A stretch of 64,000 bases of DNA, taken from the IMG/VR virus record IMGVR_UViG_3300029328_000212; one strand, written 5' to 3'. This document shows positions 9,288 to 20,090 of this stretch, piece by piece (position 1 is the first letter of the stretch; the number at the start of each line of letters is the position of its first letter). Made by a program: the position numbers and the translations under genes. This DNA comes from a virus. The notes under the pieces were generated by a model. The model made no database searches, was not told where the DNA came from, and saw only the letters and a list, made by a program, of their open reading frames with translations.

Positions 9288-9469
9288 ATTTTTTCTCTTT
9301 CGGGCAGATATCTGAATTTGCCCTTAAAAAACCACTACATGTAGTATAACATAATTATTCGTAGGAGTATAGCACTAATTTACTATCAATTTATAATTTG
9401 ATAGTAAATATAATAGTTCACAAACCTCATTTCATTCCACTGACAAATATGACTAATCTTTTTTTTTTC

Positions 9470-9503
9470 ACTCAAAAAAACAGAAGACCGCGAACGGTCT
9501 CCT
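9470..9503 (-). terminator. rho-independent terminator of subtilase gene
   Basis: AGACCG-cgaa-CGGTCT hairpin followed on minus strand by T9 run. Confidence 0.65.
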
Positions 9504-9527
9504 GCTAATTGTGTGATACAAAAAAAA

Positions 9528-12500
9528 TTATTCTTCGTATGCTTCAACATATGTCTTGAAGTAGTCCTTTAATATACTGCTTCCTTTGTCCATGTCAGTA
9601 GATGACTGGAATTTTCCATATCCGTTATTTTTCAGATATTTCTTTATTGCCTTTATATCACTGTTTGTGTATTTAAGTACGTACTGTGGCTTGTATGCCT
9701 TTCCATTTCCAAGAAGATATGAATTAGCGGTATCCATCTTTTTACCCTTTACGCTATCAGCATTTGAAAGAGCTGTGTTTAACGTATCTTTGTATGACTG
9801 TTTTGTGAGCCATAGTGAATTTTCTTCAAGTCCACCCATATTGTAAGAAGCGTTCTTTGCTTTTGTATTGATGAATCTTGCATATGATGTGTTTGCAGCT
9901 TCTTTTGATGCCGTGTTTATGACATGAAGCATCTTGCTCTCTGTTGTAATGTTTCCATATGAATCAGTTGTTTTGTAAATAACTGTCACATCAACATTTT
10001 CATCAGTGCCGTTTATGATTTTCTTAATCTCATCCTTATTCTGTATAACTATTGGTGTTGTAACATCCTCGTTATCAATTGACTCCGCTGAGTCAAGGAG
10101 TTTTTTCTCAAAATCATTCTTTTCTTGAACTGAGATATAAGTATCCTTTGCACTGATTGTTGGATATGCATCCCATCTTGCAGCAACAGTTGTATCACGG
10201 TCAATGCTGAATGCATCATTTGCCATAAAGCAACATGTACATCCATCCTGACGCTTGTTCTTATATCCGCTGTTTGGATAGAAACACTTACATTTACAGC
10301 CGTTAACGCTTGTGTCGATTGTACCTATGATACTGTCCTTTGTAGGGTTTCCGCATACAGCACAGTTTGTCTGCGGGAACGTCTGTACCCAGCCAACGAA
10401 ACTGTTTGCTTCATTGCTCTGCAGTGAGCTGTCAAGATTTCCTTCAAAATTCTTTTTATAGTCACCCTGTTTTCCATCGGGAGCTGCATTAAAATAAGCT
10501 GTTCCCGTCATCGGGTCAACAGATGCATCACAGTTGCTTTCGTAATTCAGTGTTACATTTTTCTGGTACAGCCCATAAAAGTCTGTATCCTTGCTGATAC
10601 TTGTCTTATTGTCGGGCACTATTGCGATAGGTGAATTCCAGTTGTTCTCTGTAGACCATCCACAGAATGTCCAGTCGAGGTTTCCCTGTTTTGACTTTGG
10701 GGCTGTAATCTCACCTGATGTATCAGTGTTGTAGTATGTTACGCTGATAGTGTCAGTAAGTGTTCCTGAAGGTGCGATTTCATAAGGCTCTCCCTGCGAA
10801 TAAGCACTGTAGAATTTTGCTGTGACAGTACGGCTGTATATTGCATAAACCGTTATGTCTTTATCAGGCATCCTGCCGTTGTTAAGCACTTTTGCGCCAT
10901 CCTCAAAGACGCCACCCTTGACTTCTGTAGCTTCTGGATTGGTGTTCCATCCGAGGAATTTAAAACCGTCTTTTGCTGCACTGTAGCTATTTGTGTCTAT
11001 ATTTACTTTAGAATCATACTGCACCGACTCAGACGACTTTCCTGACAGTACGCCGCCGTTTGTTGCTGCGTCATAAGTAATCTTATAACTGTTAATTTCC
11101 CAGTGAGGGACTACAGTTATATCACGGGTATAATTAAAAGGTTCATCCTTTTTAATCTGCACGCCTGTATCATTTCCATTTTCATCAAGTACAAACCATC
11201 CTGTGAATGTGTGTCCGGTTTTTGACGCTGATGGAAGCTCTTCAAAGGCTTCTGTATAATGGACATTCATTGTAGGCATTTTATTATCTGTATACAGATA
11301 TGACTTTGAATTTCTGTTATCAGCGTTTTTGTTTTTGATAAAAGACTCATTTGAAGCAGTTTTAAAATGCACTTTATACTGTTTCGGCATGTAGTATGCG
11401 GAATAAAAAGTGTTTTCAGTTATAGGCATATTATCAACATCATTATCACCGTTATATTTGTTCATAATATCGCTTTCTGAAGCTCCCTGAACATCCTGAT
11501 ACTTAACAGTCATGCGCACAGGTTCATATCCGTCAGGAATCCTTGGATTTGATTTATCATTCAGGAAACCTGCCTTATAGCTCGTTCCCTTGAGGAGCTG
11601 CTGTCCGTCAGTCGTATTGTAATATTCAAATCCACCATTGTTTCCTGTCAGTTTATACTTGTACATATAGTGATCTGTTTTAACTGTTCTGTATTCAGGT
11701 GTTGGCGGGTCAGGATCGTTCGCACCATTAAGCCCAAGCTTCCAGATAGTTCCAACATTTCCGGCATTGTCCGTCGCTATAATATCAGCTCCAAGATTAC
11801 AATGATAGTTGTCATAAGCCTGATAATATCCGCCTGAAGAGTTTAACATTTGAACAAGCCTGTAAGCTCCACTAAATGAGTAGAAGGCTTCCCCGTCTTT
11901 GTAAAAGCTAATATCTGAAATAGACTTAACGTCCATCTGTGAGCCATTCTTTTGCAGCACGCGCAGCTGTACTGATTTTACATCCGATACAGGAATTGAG
12001 TACATTGCATGAAGTGTTATATCCTGCGGAGAGTCAAAGTATTTTGTCTCTGTCTTGTACATATTGACATATGAAAAACCGGACCTTAACGACTGCACTG
12101 CTGAACCAATGTCATTTGCAGTTAAAGACCATCCGATGAATGTTTTACCTTCCTTGGAAAATTCATCCATAGGAAGAGACACATTTTCGCCATATGCAAC
12201 AGTCTGGTTAGGAGCATCGCCTGAACCACCATTCAGATCAAAGGTAATTGTATAGTCATTCCTTGTCCACTGGGCATATAACTGAACATTTGCCCCATCG
12301 GCTTCTGCAAGTGCAGTGAATGTATCACCCGGATTATAAGTTGTTCCATTTCCATCTGCTGATGTATTCCAGCATTTGAATGTATATCCCGGAAGAGTAT
12401 ATCCGCATTCACTTATTGTATTTTCAACTCCATATGTACAGTTCTCTAAAGTGTCGGTTTTTCCGGATACCTTGAACTTCGTTGTCATATCGTTGTTTGG

Positions 12501-14987
12501 AACATTTGCGTTATATACAACGTTATAATGATTTATTGTGATATCTGGAGCTTTAATAGCATCATTTCCTGTCCTGTCAGATGTAATATTATATTCATAA
12601 GTCTCCTGTTTTGCATGGTATCCTGTAGGACATTGAATGTTTGTTATCTTTAAATGTGTACCATAATTAACAGACTGATAAAAATCCTTAACACCGGTTT
12701 GCAACAATTGTGTTCCGTCAGAACCTCCATAAACATCAAAAGTAAGGTCATTCTGTCCAGCTCCACCATTGATTACTTTTCCATCCTTTGCCGGATTAAT
12801 GTCTACGGTTCTATCGAGGTATGAGAGATAAAAATGATAAGCTGTATGACCAGTTCCACCCGGATTTCCATCGTCACCTACCAATCCTGCATCTTCTCTC
12901 ATTCTAGGATATAAATTTACACCCCAGTTTACAATATTGTTGGTAGTATTATCATATGTTGCATTTCCCGGACAGTAGATGTTGCATCTAGCAGGAACAT
13001 TAAAATATGGAGCAACACATACGAATGAATAATAAGTGCTTTGAGTCGGATCCATATTAACCGTATATCCATTTCTATCAATTTTTGTAATATATTTTCT
13101 TGTGTTATTATTACATATTGTGCCATCTATATTATAGTTCCAATAAGCTCTCCAATTTACTACATGCTGTCCTCTGTCTGTTTTTACATTGCCCAGGTCA
13201 AAAAGCAGTGTAAAATCATCTGTTATTGAACCGTTATTAGGATCGTGACAATAAATATAAAAATATCCATAATTAATTGTATATGTTTTTATAGATACTT
13301 TCTCAAAATCAAAGCCGTCAAGATATTCAGTGTAAGGAATTTCCGTTCCATCACTGGACAAAAAAACAGAATCATTAATCTGAGAAATACTTAAGCTTCT
13401 TGCTAATTCTTTGTCTTCGTCTGACAAATGCTGCCAGAAATATGCAACCTTATATACGGCTGAGTCGTGTAACAATTTATCAAAATCTTCTCCTGAAAGG
13501 TTTTTCCAGTTATCAAAATCATTCATTTCATCGGCTGTGTATTCTTCTTCTGTTTTTGTAAGAATCTCATCTAATGATATAATACCATTTCCAATATACT
13601 TTTTATTAAGCTTGTCTGGCTTATATGCATATTCATCAAATACCTTATCTACATCCACATCTTTGTCACCACTTACAATATTAGCAGCAGCGGCTGTTAC
13701 ATACGCTGCAGAAAAAGATGTTCCCTGATTACCATCAAACTCGCCACAAGCTGCATAATCAACATTTCCATAGTTTGAATAGTGTGCTCTGTTATTTTCC
13801 TTTGTTACTGCAGCAACCGTGATAACCGAATCAATATTAGCTGGTGCGAAATATGATACGTTCATACTGTCGTTACCTGCTGCCGCTACCACTTTAATTC
13901 CCGCGTTGTGTGCGTCATTGATTGCTTTAGTGATAAGCGAGGTATCTTTTGCTCCTGTTGCAAGTGAAATGTTGATTATGTCAACTTTTTGCTCAATTGC
14001 ATATTCAATACCCTGATATAATGAAAGTAGCGTGCCATGTCCGGTGCTGTCCATTACCTTTACAGGAAGTATTTTCACAAGATCGGACGTGTTATTCAAG
14101 ATTAACTTTGAAATGCTGCTTCCGTGTCCATTATCATCGGCAGTCCCATTGCCTGTTGCGGAGAAATTCTTTCCATCAAGAATTCTTTTACCATCAGATG
14201 ATACACCCGTATCAAGAATTGCAACTTTTACTTCTTTTGTAAAAGGTATAGAATTTATGTAGTCAGCAAGCTGGTTTTTCTCTGTTTCAGCTTTAACCAA
14301 TTCATTGTTTTTCTTTGACTGTTCTAAAGTGGTGGTTTTATTGGATTCATGAATATTGGTTTTCTGAGCCGTTTCAGTTTTTAATATATTCTCACTTGCG
14401 CCGTTTGCATCATTATTCCCGTTATCATCCGACTCTAGCACGTCATCCTCAATACTGCCGTTCGTCAAGTCTTTAGAGTTATCATTAAATACAATATCAC
14501 CAGATGTATTTTCTAACGCTGTTTCAGATTTTTCTTCATTGTCTGCGCTTGTATCCACATCTTCTTCAGGATTCACTCCATCACCCTCAGCATCAGCGAC
14601 TACAACATCTCCATCCTCATATGTTGTAACGTTTCCGTCAATCTCTTTATCCTTGTCCACAAGATACAGTCCATCGGCAATCTTTTTGTATCCGTCAGAC
14701 TCTTTGAGACTTGAAGCGCTTTTTACGATAAGGTGCTTGTCTGCCATTTTATAGTCGTAGTTCTCGTTGGTTATTTTACGCGAACTGCTGTTGTCAGACA
14801 AAAAGCTGCTTGTATAAGCACCCGTATTTGCATTAAGAATTCCCGCTGTAAGCAGTCCGCCTGCTATGAGAACAGCTCCGGCTGACAAAACGGTCTTCCT
14901 GCCCGGTGTTGACAGATCATGCTTCTTACCATCACGCGGTTTCTTTTTGAATCTCATTTTCTTCAATTCATCTCTGAAATTCATCAT
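9528..14987 (-). CDS. giant secreted subtilisin-like (S8) serine peptidase with flg_new repeats
   Basis: Catalytic triad blocks VAILDTGV (Asp), HGSSIS (His), GTSFSAAYVTAAAA (Ser); signal or TM VLSAGAVLIAGGLLTAG; repeats GYTFKCWNT...LYAQW; ATG at 14987 with AAAGGAAG RBS preferred over TTG at 15008. Confidence 0.85.
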   Translation of the reverse strand: MMNFRDELKKMRFKKKPRDGKKHDLSTPGRKTVLSAGAVLIAGGLLTAGILNANTGAYTSSFLSDNSSSRKITNENYDYKMADKHLIVKSASSLKESDGYKKIADGLYLVDKDKEIDGNVTTYEDGDVVVADAEGDGVNPEEDVDTSADNEEKSETALENTSGDIVFNDNSKDLTNGSIEDDVLESDDNGNNDANGASENILKTETAQKTNIHESNKTTTLEQSKKNNELVKAETEKNQLADYINSIPFTKEVKVAILDTGVSSDGKRILDGKNFSATGNGTADDNGHGSSISKLILNNTSDLVKILPVKVMDSTGHGTLLSLYQGIEYAIEQKVDIINISLATGAKDTSLITKAINDAHNAGIKVVAAAGNDSMNVSYFAPANIDSVITVAAVTKENNRAHYSNYGNVDYAACGEFDGNQGTSFSAAYVTAAAANIVSGDKDVDVDKVFDEYAYKPDKLNKKYIGNGIISLDEILTKTEEEYTADEMNDFDNWKNLSGEDFDKLLHDSAVYKVAYFWQHLSDEDKELARSLSISQINDSVFLSSDGTEIPYTEYLDGFDFEKVSIKTYTINYGYFYIYCHDPNNGSITDDFTLLFDLGNVKTDRGQHVVNWRAYWNYNIDGTICNNNTRKYITKIDRNGYTVNMDPTQSTYYSFVCVAPYFNVPARCNIYCPGNATYDNTTNNIVNWGVNLYPRMREDAGLVGDDGNPGGTGHTAYHFYLSYLDRTVDINPAKDGKVINGGAGQNDLTFDVYGGSDGTQLLQTGVKDFYQSVNYGTHLKITNIQCPTGYHAKQETYEYNITSDRTGNDAIKAPDITINHYNVVYNANVPNNDMTTKFKVSGKTDTLENCTYGVENTISECGYTLPGYTFKCWNTSADGNGTTYNPGDTFTALAEADGANVQLYAQWTRNDYTITFDLNGGSGDAPNQTVAYGENVSLPMDEFSKEGKTFIGWSLTANDIGSAVQSLRSGFSYVNMYKTETKYFDSPQDITLHAMYSIPVSDVKSVQLRVLQKNGSQMDVKSISDISFYKDGEAFYSFSGAYRLVQMLNSSGGYYQAYDNYHCNLGADIIATDNAGNVGTIWKLGLNGANDPDPPTPEYRTVKTDHYMYKYKLTGNNGGFEYYNTTDGQQLLKGTSYKAGFLNDKSNPRIPDGYEPVRMTVKYQDVQGASESDIMNKYNGDNDVDNMPITENTFYSAYYMPKQYKVHFKTASNESFIKNKNADNRNSKSYLYTDNKMPTMNVHYTEAFEELPSASKTGHTFTGWFVLDENGNDTGVQIKKDEPFNYTRDITVVPHWEINSYKITYDAATNGGVLSGKSSESVQYDSKVNIDTNSYSAAKDGFKFLGWNTNPEATEVKGGVFEDGAKVLNNGRMPDKDITVYAIYSRTVTAKFYSAYSQGEPYEIAPSGTLTDTISVTYYNTDTSGEITAPKSKQGNLDWTFCGWSTENNWNSPIAIVPDNKTSISKDTDFYGLYQKNVTLNYESNCDASVDPMTGTAYFNAAPDGKQGDYKKNFEGNLDSSLQSNEANSFVGWVQTFPQTNCAVCGNPTKDSIIGTIDTSVNGCKCKCFYPNSGYKNKRQDGCTCCFMANDAFSIDRDTTVAARWDAYPTISAKDTYISVQEKNDFEKKLLDSAESIDNEDVTTPIVIQNKDEIKKIINGTDENVDVTVIYKTTDSYGNITTESKMLHVINTASKEAANTSYARFINTKAKNASYNMGGLEENSLWLTKQSYKDTLNTALSNADSVKGKKMDTANSYLLGNGKAYKPQYVLKYTNSDIKAIKKYLKNNGYGKFQSSTDMDKGSSILKDYFKTYVEAYEE

Positions 14988-15046
14988 TTTTTCTTCCTTT
15001 CCCCACAAAATCCTCTTTTGTGATTTATTTTAAATTTGTCATTATA

Positions 15047-15060
15047 AGTATGATATTTTT
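15047..15060 (-). promoter_or_regulatory. AGTATGATATTTTT promoter half-motif upstream of subtilase gene
   Basis: On the coding strand reads TTGAAAAAAATATCATACTTATAATG, ~60 nt upstream of the start codon. Confidence 0.5.
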
Positions 15061-15069
15061 TTCAATGAA

Positions 15070-15412
15070 AAAGGATATAGCCATTAGCTATACCCTTAAT
15101 CTGCGTTTCTTTATTCTTTTGTCAGCGTGAGTCCTATGTTAAAGCTTCCCTGCCAGCATCCGGCTGATAATCCGTTAGTGGTGGCTATATCGTATACACA
15201 AACCTTATTTGTTGGTGTAATGGTATTGTTACCACTTTTTGCTGTTATTGCAGCTGTTATGTCAGTCTTGCCAGCCTGCTTATATAGAAGGCTGTTTGGA
15301 ACTGTCACTTTGATGTTACCAGCTTTTAAGTCGTCACATTTAACACGAAATGAACTGTTACCTTTTGAATCCCCAATAAGAGTCTGGGGTATCTTAACAT
15401 GAATAGTATTAT
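15070..15412 (-). repeat. 3' cassette copy B (intact, forms the C-terminus of 15111..16604)
   Basis: Homologous to 4880-5215 and 24700-24900 including terminal hairpin GGATATAGCcattAGCTATACC. Confidence 0.8.
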
Positions 15413-16604
15413 ACTTCCACTGTGCAGTAAGAATAGCATCCTCATCTCCCATTATAAATGTCCTGCCATTCAATTCACTTCCATTCCCTTGTAGATTCCA
15501 TGTAGTAAATGTATATCCTGCCTTGACAGATGGATCTTCAATGGTTGTTGCGCCTTCAAAATATATTGATGATGTTTTAGTTGTTTCTGCATCACTATTT
15601 ATATTTTGAGTCAAAGTAAATTTTTTCCTGTCAATATAGTATGTAAATTCATTGATTTTTATCTGTTTATAATTATTATTTTTCAAAGCCAGATTTTGTT
15701 GCTGAGTACAGCTTCCTTCTGCATTTGCATTAATAAACAATCCTTTTGAATTATAAATCTGTTTATTTACGTAATCTGTATCTGCATTTATCGTCTTTTC
15801 TTTTAGGGGATTTATTTGGTCATTGCCATCTCCAACTTTGATATTGTTTACTGTGTTTCCTATATAATCATAAGAGCCATTAGTGTTCATTCTATACACG
15901 TTTGTTACAACATTCAGGCCGTTAAGATAATATAATCCATTACTATAAAGGCCATCTTTCTCGTATGACGTTTGGTTTTTTATCATTGTCCAAGTCAATC
16001 CGCCATGTTCGCTTATGCCGGGATTTACGCTGCCCTCTGTACTATCTGAATAGTACCATCCGCCGCTGCTGTCCCGAAGCCATCCTGTTTGTAACTTGCC
16101 ACTTCCGTTAAAATAAAAATAACCATGTTTATCTGAAGATTTATAATTTGAATCTACACATCTTGTATGTAACCACGTATTAGTGTATGTGAGCCCTTCA
16201 TCATCTAAATAGTACCAGACTATGTCATTTCCCTCGCGTACCGGCATCCATGCATCATATCGAGTAATATAATTGCCTGAAGTTGTTTGAACACTATCAA
16301 ACAATAAAGCCCATTTCATGTTTCCGTTTTTATCTTTGACTCCCAACCACCATGCTTCATAATATTTTTTATTCCACCATAATGTTGTTTTCCCAGATCC
16401 CATGATAGTATATCCTTTGTTAATATACCAATTTTTCCAACTATTCCATGAGCCACCGTTACTCCAATAAGGTCCTGAATGATTAACAGCTTCTACTATT
16501 TTAGTATCATCTGCCATTACAGTTGCAGGGCTTTGTCCTCCAAAAATCAGTACCATAAGACTACATATCAGTCCTATTGCTGTTATTCTTCTCTTGATAT
16601 TCAT
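15111..16604 (-). CDS. secreted protein with choline-binding-type cell-wall-binding repeats, one flg_new repeat and the conserved C-terminal module
   Basis: Signal peptide MNIKRRITAIGLICSLMVLIFGG; repeated GW/YY motifs (GWLRDSSGGWYYSDS, YFYFNGSGKLQTGW); flg_new GYTFTTWNLQGNG...LTAQW; C-terminal module shared with the other two cassette copies. Confidence 0.8.
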   Translation of the reverse strand: MNIKRRITAIGLICSLMVLIFGGQSPATVMADDTKIVEAVNHSGPYWSNGGSWNSWKNWYINKGYTIMGSGKTTLWWNKKYYEAWWLGVKDKNGNMKWALLFDSVQTTSGNYITRYDAWMPVREGNDIVWYYLDDEGLTYTNTWLHTRCVDSNYKSSDKHGYFYFNGSGKLQTGWLRDSSGGWYYSDSTEGSVNPGISEHGGLTWTMIKNQTSYEKDGLYSNGLYYLNGLNVVTNVYRMNTNGSYDYIGNTVNNIKVGDGNDQINPLKEKTINADTDYVNKQIYNSKGLFINANAEGSCTQQQNLALKNNNYKQIKINEFTYYIDRKKFTLTQNINSDAETTKTSSIYFEGATTIEDPSVKAGYTFTTWNLQGNGSELNGRTFIMGDEDAILTAQWKYNTIHVKIPQTLIGDSKGNSSFRVKCDDLKAGNIKVTVPNSLLYKQAGKTDITAAITAKSGNNTITPTNKVCVYDIATTNGLSAGCWQGSFNIGLTLTKE

Positions 16605-16639
16605 AGCTTATGCCTATCCTTTCTTTGTAATCTGTTATG

Positions 16640-16652
16640 AGTATGATTTTTT
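16640..16652 (-). promoter_or_regulatory. AGTATGATTTTTT promoter half-motif
   Basis: Coding strand AAAAAATCATACTCATAAC ~45 nt upstream of start 16604. Confidence 0.5.
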
Positions 16653-16711
16653 ATTCTTGCGGAAAAACCGGAAGCAGCATATGCCCCCGGTTCATATAAT
16701 TTCGCATCTTC

Positions 16712-17212
16712 TTAGTCTTCTCTGATATACATCTTGATAATTGCTTCGCCCTTCTCTCTTATTTCATACTCCTTCTTCGGATTGACTTTCCTGAAAGTAT
16801 ATGTATGGTTTGGGTTCTTGTTGTATACGCTCATCACAAATTCATCAATCGCGGCAAAAACCTCTTTTCTCGTCTGGAAATGTCTGTCATCTGGCACTTC
16901 GCCGTCATAATCAATAAATTCGATATGTAACGTGCATGGGCGCATTTCAAGGTCTGATTCGTATGTCTTCAATGCTTCATCAGCAAACTCTCGCATCAGC
17001 CTGTCTGCCGCCGTCTCGTATTTTGCGATAACTGATGATTTCATTGTTTGCGCCAGTACCTCCACAGCCTCTCTGCTTAAATCAGGGTTAATCTCCTGTA
17101 TTCCATGCATAAGCAGGCTCTCAATTTTCGTCTGTATATGCTCCCTGCTTAATCGCTCCACCTCATCTGGTAAAAGTTCAAGTTCCATATTTCCTACTGT
17201 TATAATGCTCAT
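16712..17212 (-). CDS. hypothetical protein (166 aa)
   Basis: AGGAGG RBS; acidic, no motif recognised. Confidence 0.6.
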   Translation of the reverse strand: MSIITVGNMELELLPDEVERLSREHIQTKIESLLMHGIQEINPDLSREAVEVLAQTMKSSVIAKYETAADRLMREFADEALKTYESDLEMRPCTLHIEFIDYDGEVPDDRHFQTRKEVFAAIDEFVMSVYNKNPNHTYTFRKVNPKKEYEIREKGEAIIKMYIRED

Positions 17213-17224
17213 GTTTAATCCTCC

Positions 17225-17854
17225 TTAATTCAATAATTCCTTATCAATTATCTGGAAATTAGCTCTGTGGATATACAGAGCTTTTCCGTCTATCATTAAC
17301 TTTGTTGTCTTTGGCAGGTCTTTGCAAACTTTCCAATATACTTCGTCACCTGAGTATGCGCATATCGGATCGCCAAGCTGCGACTGGATTACAACCACCC
17401 TGCTCTTTCCAAAATTGTTCTTAACCTTGTTGACAATGCCAGCGATGAATGTATAATCCTTGACTGAACTGCCTGATGCGCTTTCAATCAGTTCCGGGCT
17501 TTTAAAATCCACTTCCGGCTTAAGTCCATCCTCTGCGAAAATCATTGTGCTTCCACAGCTTTCTACTTCGCTTCCATCAATGGTTACTGTTACAACGGAG
17601 CTCATTGTCTCCGAATACCCCCAGCCATCGTCTGTGTAAACAGGCTCTTCTACAGTATTTGACGACATGTCTATTTTCTCGCCGCTCATATTCATGAAGT
17701 TCTCACCTTCATTACTGTAAAAGGAAACATTATATGTATTTCCTTTTATGGTCCCATTCAATTCGTTAACCTCACTGTCAAGCAGTCCGCATCCAGTCAG
17801 TCCGACAGCAAGCACTGCAACAGCCGCTGCCATAACAATTCTTCTCTTTTGCAT
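17225..17854 (-). CDS. lipoprotein (209 aa)
   Basis: Signal peptide plus lipobox AVGLTGCGLL; RBS AGGAGGAAAA. Confidence 0.65.
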   Translation of the reverse strand: MQKRRIVMAAAVAVLAVGLTGCGLLDSEVNELNGTIKGNTYNVSFYSNEGENFMNMSGEKIDMSSNTVEEPVYTDDGWGYSETMSSVVTVTIDGSEVESCGSTMIFAEDGLKPEVDFKSPELIESASGSSVKDYTFIAGIVNKVKNNFGKSRVVVIQSQLGDPICAYSGDEVYWKVCKDLPKTTKLMIDGKALYIHRANFQIIDKELLN

Positions 17855-17915
17855 GTGTTTTCCTCCTAATTAATATCTGCTTTTTGTTAATTTCCATGAA
17901 CGCTTCTTCCTTCCA

Positions 17916-19700
17916 TTATATCTGTCCGTATATCTGCGTTATTATCTGCTCAACATTTGAACCCTGTATATAGCCTATTTTAAGGTCATTTTTCCTTGCC
18001 ATATGCAGATATTTGTAATAAAACGCGTGGCAGATATGTTCGGCGCAGAAGATTGTAATATCCTGATTTAAAAGCTTCGACAATGGAATATCAGACCTTA
18101 CTTCCGTTGCCGTGTATGTCCAGTTAGGGAATTCCTGCTTCAGATAGTTGACAAGATTCTGATGTCCTCCTATTATAGTCACTTTCTTTGAGTTTAACAG
18201 CCTTTTCATCTCATCAATGCTTGTCCTGCTGCTTTTGTTTCCTTCGTCATCAAGTTCATGCACAAATGTCCGCAATGCTGCCAGCTCTTTTTTATCATCT
18301 GCATTCCCCTGTTTTTCTCTCTCAAGTTCTTCCTGCAGGTCTTTTACTTTTCTATTTTCTTCCCTTAGCGAGCTTATTTCGGTTTCCTGCATCTTGATTT
18401 TTGACTTAAGCGCTTTTATCTCCGATTCAAGGTCTGTAATCAGTTCCTCACCCTGTACGCTTTCCTGAGTGTCTTCTGCATCATCTGTTTCCTTGCTGTC
18501 TTCTGCTGTTATTTCTATACCTTTATAATGCACTTCGATATCTGGTTCTGTTGAAAACAGAAATGACGTATCAAGCGTTTCAGCAACCTGCGCACACAAT
18601 AATTCATTGCTTAAATAGCAGGTAAATGCCATAAACATCATTTTGGCAATACATCCTTCAGTTTCTTCGTCTAAAATACTTTTATTTAGAAAACCGTAAT
18701 CATATTCAGGATCTGATATGGCAAGTGCTATTGCATATCCTATGTATTTTTCAACTATGCCATCATCTTCATGCCATCTGTCTGCAATCCACGAAAGTTC
18801 TTTTCTTTCTCTTAAGGCGAAATACCTGAACATAAGCTTTGATGCAGAAGCTTTTAGTTCCTCTATTACAGATTTATATTTTTTCATGTATTTTTTAGCC
18901 ATGTCCTGAGCTTTCTGCATATGGTCTCTGCTTTCGTCAAGTGATTCTTCAAGAATGACAGGCTCGTAAAAATCGTATTGTTCAGCTATGGTACGTTCTG
19001 TAAAATCCTTATGCATGAGCTGAAGAAGTCTGCCATCCGGATACTCAGGTTTTACGGTCTTACCCATAAATTTTGCCATTACAATAATCCTTGCGATGGA
19101 ACCGGCATTTGTATCTCCTAATATGTCTAGTACGTCTTTTAATGTTATTTCTGAGAACCGTTTTACCTGATTGTATTCTTTCTTATAATATGTCCTGTAC
19201 AAATATAGGAGCTGTTTTTTACAGAAATCATTGTTCATGTCAACTGCGACACGGTATATATAATGAAGTATCATTATTTTAAACCAGTCTCCTTCAGCAC
19301 TTGGGAAATACACAACATCATCCTCGTTTTTGCCGTAAAGAAAATCAAGATTTTCGTCATAATATTCCTCATTGAAGGTTTTGCAGATACCTGGGCAGTT
19401 TATGAAAAAATCATTAGCTATTGCGAAAAAATCCAGTCTCATATCAATCGTCAGAAAGCCCTGCACGAAGAAGTATCCTATCTCCCTGTCTGATGCCTGC
19501 GGCTCCGTCTTAAAATCCAGCCCATTAAATGATTCAGCGAATCCTTTTAACATCTGAGCCATCTGTGTGTCCTGTGTTTTTATATTGTCCGTAACCCTGG
19601 TTTTTAATCCATCAGGTAGTTTGCCAAGAAACGCATTATTAATGTCTTTCTGGTTTATGGCATTCCTGGCAAATTTTTTAAGCCGGCTTTTTTGTCCCAT
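17916..19700 (-). CDS. hypothetical protein with central coiled coil (594 aa)
   Basis: Heptad-rich region ...LESEIKALKSKIKMQETEISSLREENRKVKDLQEELEREKQ...; C-terminal small alpha/beta-like segment KKVTIIGGHQNLV; no catalytic motif recognised. Confidence 0.65.
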   Translation of the reverse strand: MGQKSRLKKFARNAINQKDINNAFLGKLPDGLKTRVTDNIKTQDTQMAQMLKGFAESFNGLDFKTEPQASDREIGYFFVQGFLTIDMRLDFFAIANDFFINCPGICKTFNEEYYDENLDFLYGKNEDDVVYFPSAEGDWFKIMILHYIYRVAVDMNNDFCKKQLLYLYRTYYKKEYNQVKRFSEITLKDVLDILGDTNAGSIARIIVMAKFMGKTVKPEYPDGRLLQLMHKDFTERTIAEQYDFYEPVILEESLDESRDHMQKAQDMAKKYMKKYKSVIEELKASASKLMFRYFALRERKELSWIADRWHEDDGIVEKYIGYAIALAISDPEYDYGFLNKSILDEETEGCIAKMMFMAFTCYLSNELLCAQVAETLDTSFLFSTEPDIEVHYKGIEITAEDSKETDDAEDTQESVQGEELITDLESEIKALKSKIKMQETEISSLREENRKVKDLQEELEREKQGNADDKKELAALRTFVHELDDEGNKSSRTSIDEMKRLLNSKKVTIIGGHQNLVNYLKQEFPNWTYTATEVRSDIPLSKLLNQDITIFCAEHICHAFYYKYLHMARKNDLKIGYIQGSNVEQIITQIYGQI

Positions 19701-19729
19701 TATTTTTTCTCCTTTCCTGCTGCAAAAGA

Positions 19730-20029
19730 TTAATTTGCAACTCTTTGTCCGTCCATTTTAATGATTCTTCTGATTATCCTGTAATTTCCAGCAAAACGGC
19801 TTTCAAAATAACACCCATTTCTTACAACTATATCATTTAAGCACGCCGCCTGCGTATCCAAAAATTGTCGCATTCCTTCTTTGAGTGTCGTCTGCTCTTT
19901 TGTATCAAGCTGATTAATTTCATCTTCTGACAGTGTCCTGCCACTCAAACTTTGTATTATTACAGGGTCCGCCTTGTCTACTTCATATGGTTCGTTGTCT
20001 CTGCTGATGCGTCTGATTAGTTCTTCCAT
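19730..20029 (-). CDS. hypothetical protein (99 aa)
   Basis: ORF with promoter motif pair at 20049-20090 upstream. Confidence 0.5.
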   Translation of the reverse strand: MEELIRRISRDNEPYEVDKADPVIIQSLSGRTLSEDEINQLDTKEQTTLKEGMRQFLDTQAACLNDIVVRNGCYFESRFAGNYRIIRRIIKMDGQRVAN

Positions 20030-20048
20030 TTTAAAACGCTTCCTTTCC

Positions 20049-20090
20049 TTTTAATATGAGTATGTCAGAAATAATGTTTGCAAATGGCCT
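20049..20090 (-). promoter_or_regulatory. bipartite promoter-like element
   Basis: agtatgtcagaaataatg ... ggccttccatataaa, immediately after the terminator hairpin GACGGGAtttttCCCGCC of the upstream gene. Confidence 0.55.

Noticed and set aside
15008-15008. TTG start for the subtilase gene as given by the ORF track
   Set aside because: An in-frame ATG 7 codons downstream (14987) has a proper RBS (AAAGGAAG) and immediately precedes the signal peptide. It is the more likely start.
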